IMG/VR virus record: IMGVR_UViG_3300021387_000025
Location: 55,956-119,955 of that record
DNA from: a virus
Lineage: Duplodnaviria; Caudoviricetes
Direction: 5' to 3' (one strand)
DNA length: 64,000 bases
This document shows positions 62,533-64,000 of the stretch, in pieces. A program made the position numbers and the translations under genes. Position 1 is the first letter of the stretch. Every line of letters begins with the position of its first letter. The notes under the pieces were generated by a model. That model made no database searches. It had not been told where the DNA came from and worked only from the letters and a program-made list of their open reading frames with translations.

Positions 62533-62563
62533 ATTTTATTCCTTTCATTTTTAATTTTATAGA

Positions 62564-62635
62564 TCTTCTCGGCACGAATCAAACGCGCATCTTCGGTTCC
62601 GTAGACCGACGTTTTTTCCTTTATACTACGAGAAG
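62564..62635 (-). tRNA. tRNA-Arg(ACG)
   Basis: TCGGT-CTACGGA-ACCGA; T-loop TTTGATT. Confidence 0.75.
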
Positions 62636-62638
62636 TCA

Positions 62639-62709
62639 GGTGACTAGAGGGGATTGAACCCTCACCTTCAGATCCACAATCTGAGGCACTACCATTATGC
62701 AATAGTCAC
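62639..62709 (-). tRNA. tRNA-His(GTG)
   Basis: TCAGA-TTGTGGA-TCTGA; C73. Confidence 0.85.
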
Positions 62710-62711
62710 AG

Positions 62712-62785
62712 TAGGGATGATGGGATTCGAACCCATGATTTTTCGCGTATCAGACGAATGCTCTAACCAACTGAACTACATCCCA
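62712..62785 (-). tRNA. tRNA-Ile(GAT)
   Basis: TTCGT-CTGATAC-GCGAA. Confidence 0.9.
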
Positions 62786-62800
62786 TTGTTTATGTTGCAA

Positions 62801-62872
62801 TCTGCGCGATAGGAATCGAACCTATATTGACGGATTAGAAGTCCGTGGCGTTATCCATTACACCACGCGCAG
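62801..62872 (-). tRNA. tRNA-Arg(TCT)
   Basis: ACGGA-CTTCTAA-TCCGT. Confidence 0.85.
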
Positions 62873-62875
62873 TTG

Positions 62876-62948
62876 TACGCGTGGTGGGATTTGAACCCAC
62901 GACCAATAGATTAAGAGTCTACTGCTCTACCAACTGAGCCACACGCGC
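62876..62948 (-). tRNA. tRNA-Lys(CTT)
   Basis: GTAGA-CTCTTAA-TCTAT. Confidence 0.9.
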
Positions 62949-62952
62949 ATGA

Positions 62953-63024
62953 TCTGCGTGATGAGACTCGAACTCACAACTCACAGATTAAAAGTCTGTT
63001 ACTCTTCCTTTGAGTTACACGCAG
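62953..63024 (-). tRNA. tRNA-Lys(TTT)
   Basis: ACAGA-CTTTTAA-TCTGT. Confidence 0.85.
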
Positions 63025-63069
63025 TTAAATTATTCAATTTTAAAACTTTTAACCTGTTTTCGTTTCATT

Positions 63070-63282
63070 CTATTCTCCTTCTTGAAAATCAGTTTTCCAT
63101 TCTTCTTTAGAATAAAAACCGTTATTTAAATTTGCTTTCTGCCAAGAATTTTGGTCTTTTTGACGGCCTTGACTGTCAACCAATTCTCCGCAAACACCAC
63201 CATAAATTACTAATATGTCTTTATTGCAAAATTTGCCGCCATTAAATTTACATTGAATATTATTACATACGATTGAATTCAT
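63070..63282 (-). CDS. Small Cys-rich protein
   Basis: ATG at 63282 just after the suppressor tRNA, whose 3' acceptor strand (GGGGG) could act as RBS; ends in TAG (may read through). Confidence 0.55.
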   Translation of the reverse strand: MNSIVCNNIQCKFNGGKFCNKDILVIYGGVCGELVDSQGRQKDQNSWQKANLNNGFYSKEEWKTDFQEGE

Positions 63283-63284
63283 AA

Positions 63285-63372
63285 CACCCCCTGTGGGACT
63301 CGAACCCACCCTACCCACTTCAGAGGTGTTACGGTTTTAGAGACCGGTGCGCTACCACTACGCTAAGGGGGA
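63285..63372 (-). tRNA. Amber suppressor tRNA(CTA) with long variable arm
   Basis: CGGT-CTCTAAA-ACCG anticodon arm, CCCCCT/AGGGGG acceptor, GTGGG-TTCGAGT-CCCAC, G73. Confidence 0.85.
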
Positions 63373-63377
63373 TTAAA

Positions 63378-63692
63378 TCACCTATTATTTATTAATTGCC
63401 CATTAAGCAAAACACTATCGTCACCAAACCATAGATTTGCAAAATCAGCTAAACTTTTATTTTCTCCAGCATCAAATTCTATCTAATCCGGCACGACATA
63501 AGTATCTAAATATCGAGCATAAGCTAACCAGCATAATTCAGTAGTATTTATGCTCTTTTTTTCTACTTTTTCGCGCCGCATCCTTATAAAAGTATCATTA
63601 TACAAATTTGCCCATTGATTAATAACAATAGGTTTTATCTTCCATGCCTCAAAAGATTTTCCAACATCAATTACCATTAATTTTACTTCCAA
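63378..63692 (-). CDS. Hypothetical protein, TAG-recoded
   Basis: Track ORF extends through TAG at 63483 to TGA at 63378, 5 nt before the suppressor tRNA; start codon uncertain. Confidence 0.55.
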
Positions 63693-63739
63693 CTTTATTT
63701 TATATACATATTATATATAAATTTTAATAAAAAATCAAG

Positions 63740-64000
63740 TTATTTTAAAGTTGTAAAAAACAATAACAAAAAAATTTGTTCATCATATTGCGGGAGAGAT
63801 CCAACCCATCCATAAAAATCTTCAGAAAGCTATTCAAACATTCTATCAAACCTATAATCATAAGAAAATCTTGAGTAAATATGCTTAGTTTCATCAATAT
63901 CTATTAAATGAACATTTTCATTACTGAGTTGTAACCATAAAGCTTCATTAATTTCTTCATACTTTTCTTTGGAAACCTACTAATTAAAAATTTGATATTC
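63740..64000 (-). CDS. 3' end of a TAG-recoded hypothetical gene (partial)
   Basis: Frame open from the window end to TAA at 63740 when TAG=Gln. Confidence 0.55.

Noticed and set aside
56259-62702. Track ORFs overlapping tRNA genes
   Set aside because: They coincide with clear cloverleaf sequences.
62801-62872. Second amber suppressor (loop contains CTA)
   Set aside because: The 7-nt loop CT-TCT-AA centres on TCT, so it is tRNA-Arg.

Overview
This window is a 64 kb segment of a large tailed (siphovirus-like) bacteriophage, probably infecting a gut or rumen Firmicute. The host is inferred from the sigma-A promoters, strong Shine-Dalgarno sites and gene families. The phage reads TAG as Gln (translation table 15): the fragmented ORFs of the track join into intact genes once in-frame TAG is read through, and an amber tRNA(CUA) lies at 63285-63372. 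Layout: (1) 1-16737, minus strand, virion and packaging module (tape measure, tail tube, head-tail, major capsid, prohead protease/scaffold, portal, large terminase), in an order reminiscent of SPbeta-like phages; (2) 17000-28190, plus strand, an array of about 30 small transcription units with near-consensus promoters, joined by a GCCCGGGC octamer and operator-like palindromes (GTTAG-N6-CTAAC, or the Firmicute LexA box CGAAC-N4-GTTCG), some expressing only small RNAs; (3) 28200-42000, repeats followed by a mosaic of small genes, an RNA ligase and a kinase-like gene; (4) 42000-54600, recoded late/virion genes, PhoH, ClpP, holin and a BclA-like/Cys-rich cluster; (5) overlapping this, 47950-63400, about 25 tRNAs plus atypical tRNA-like genes and several large structured non-coding stretches, one ROOL-like. 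All calls are by-eye readings; no database searches were run.
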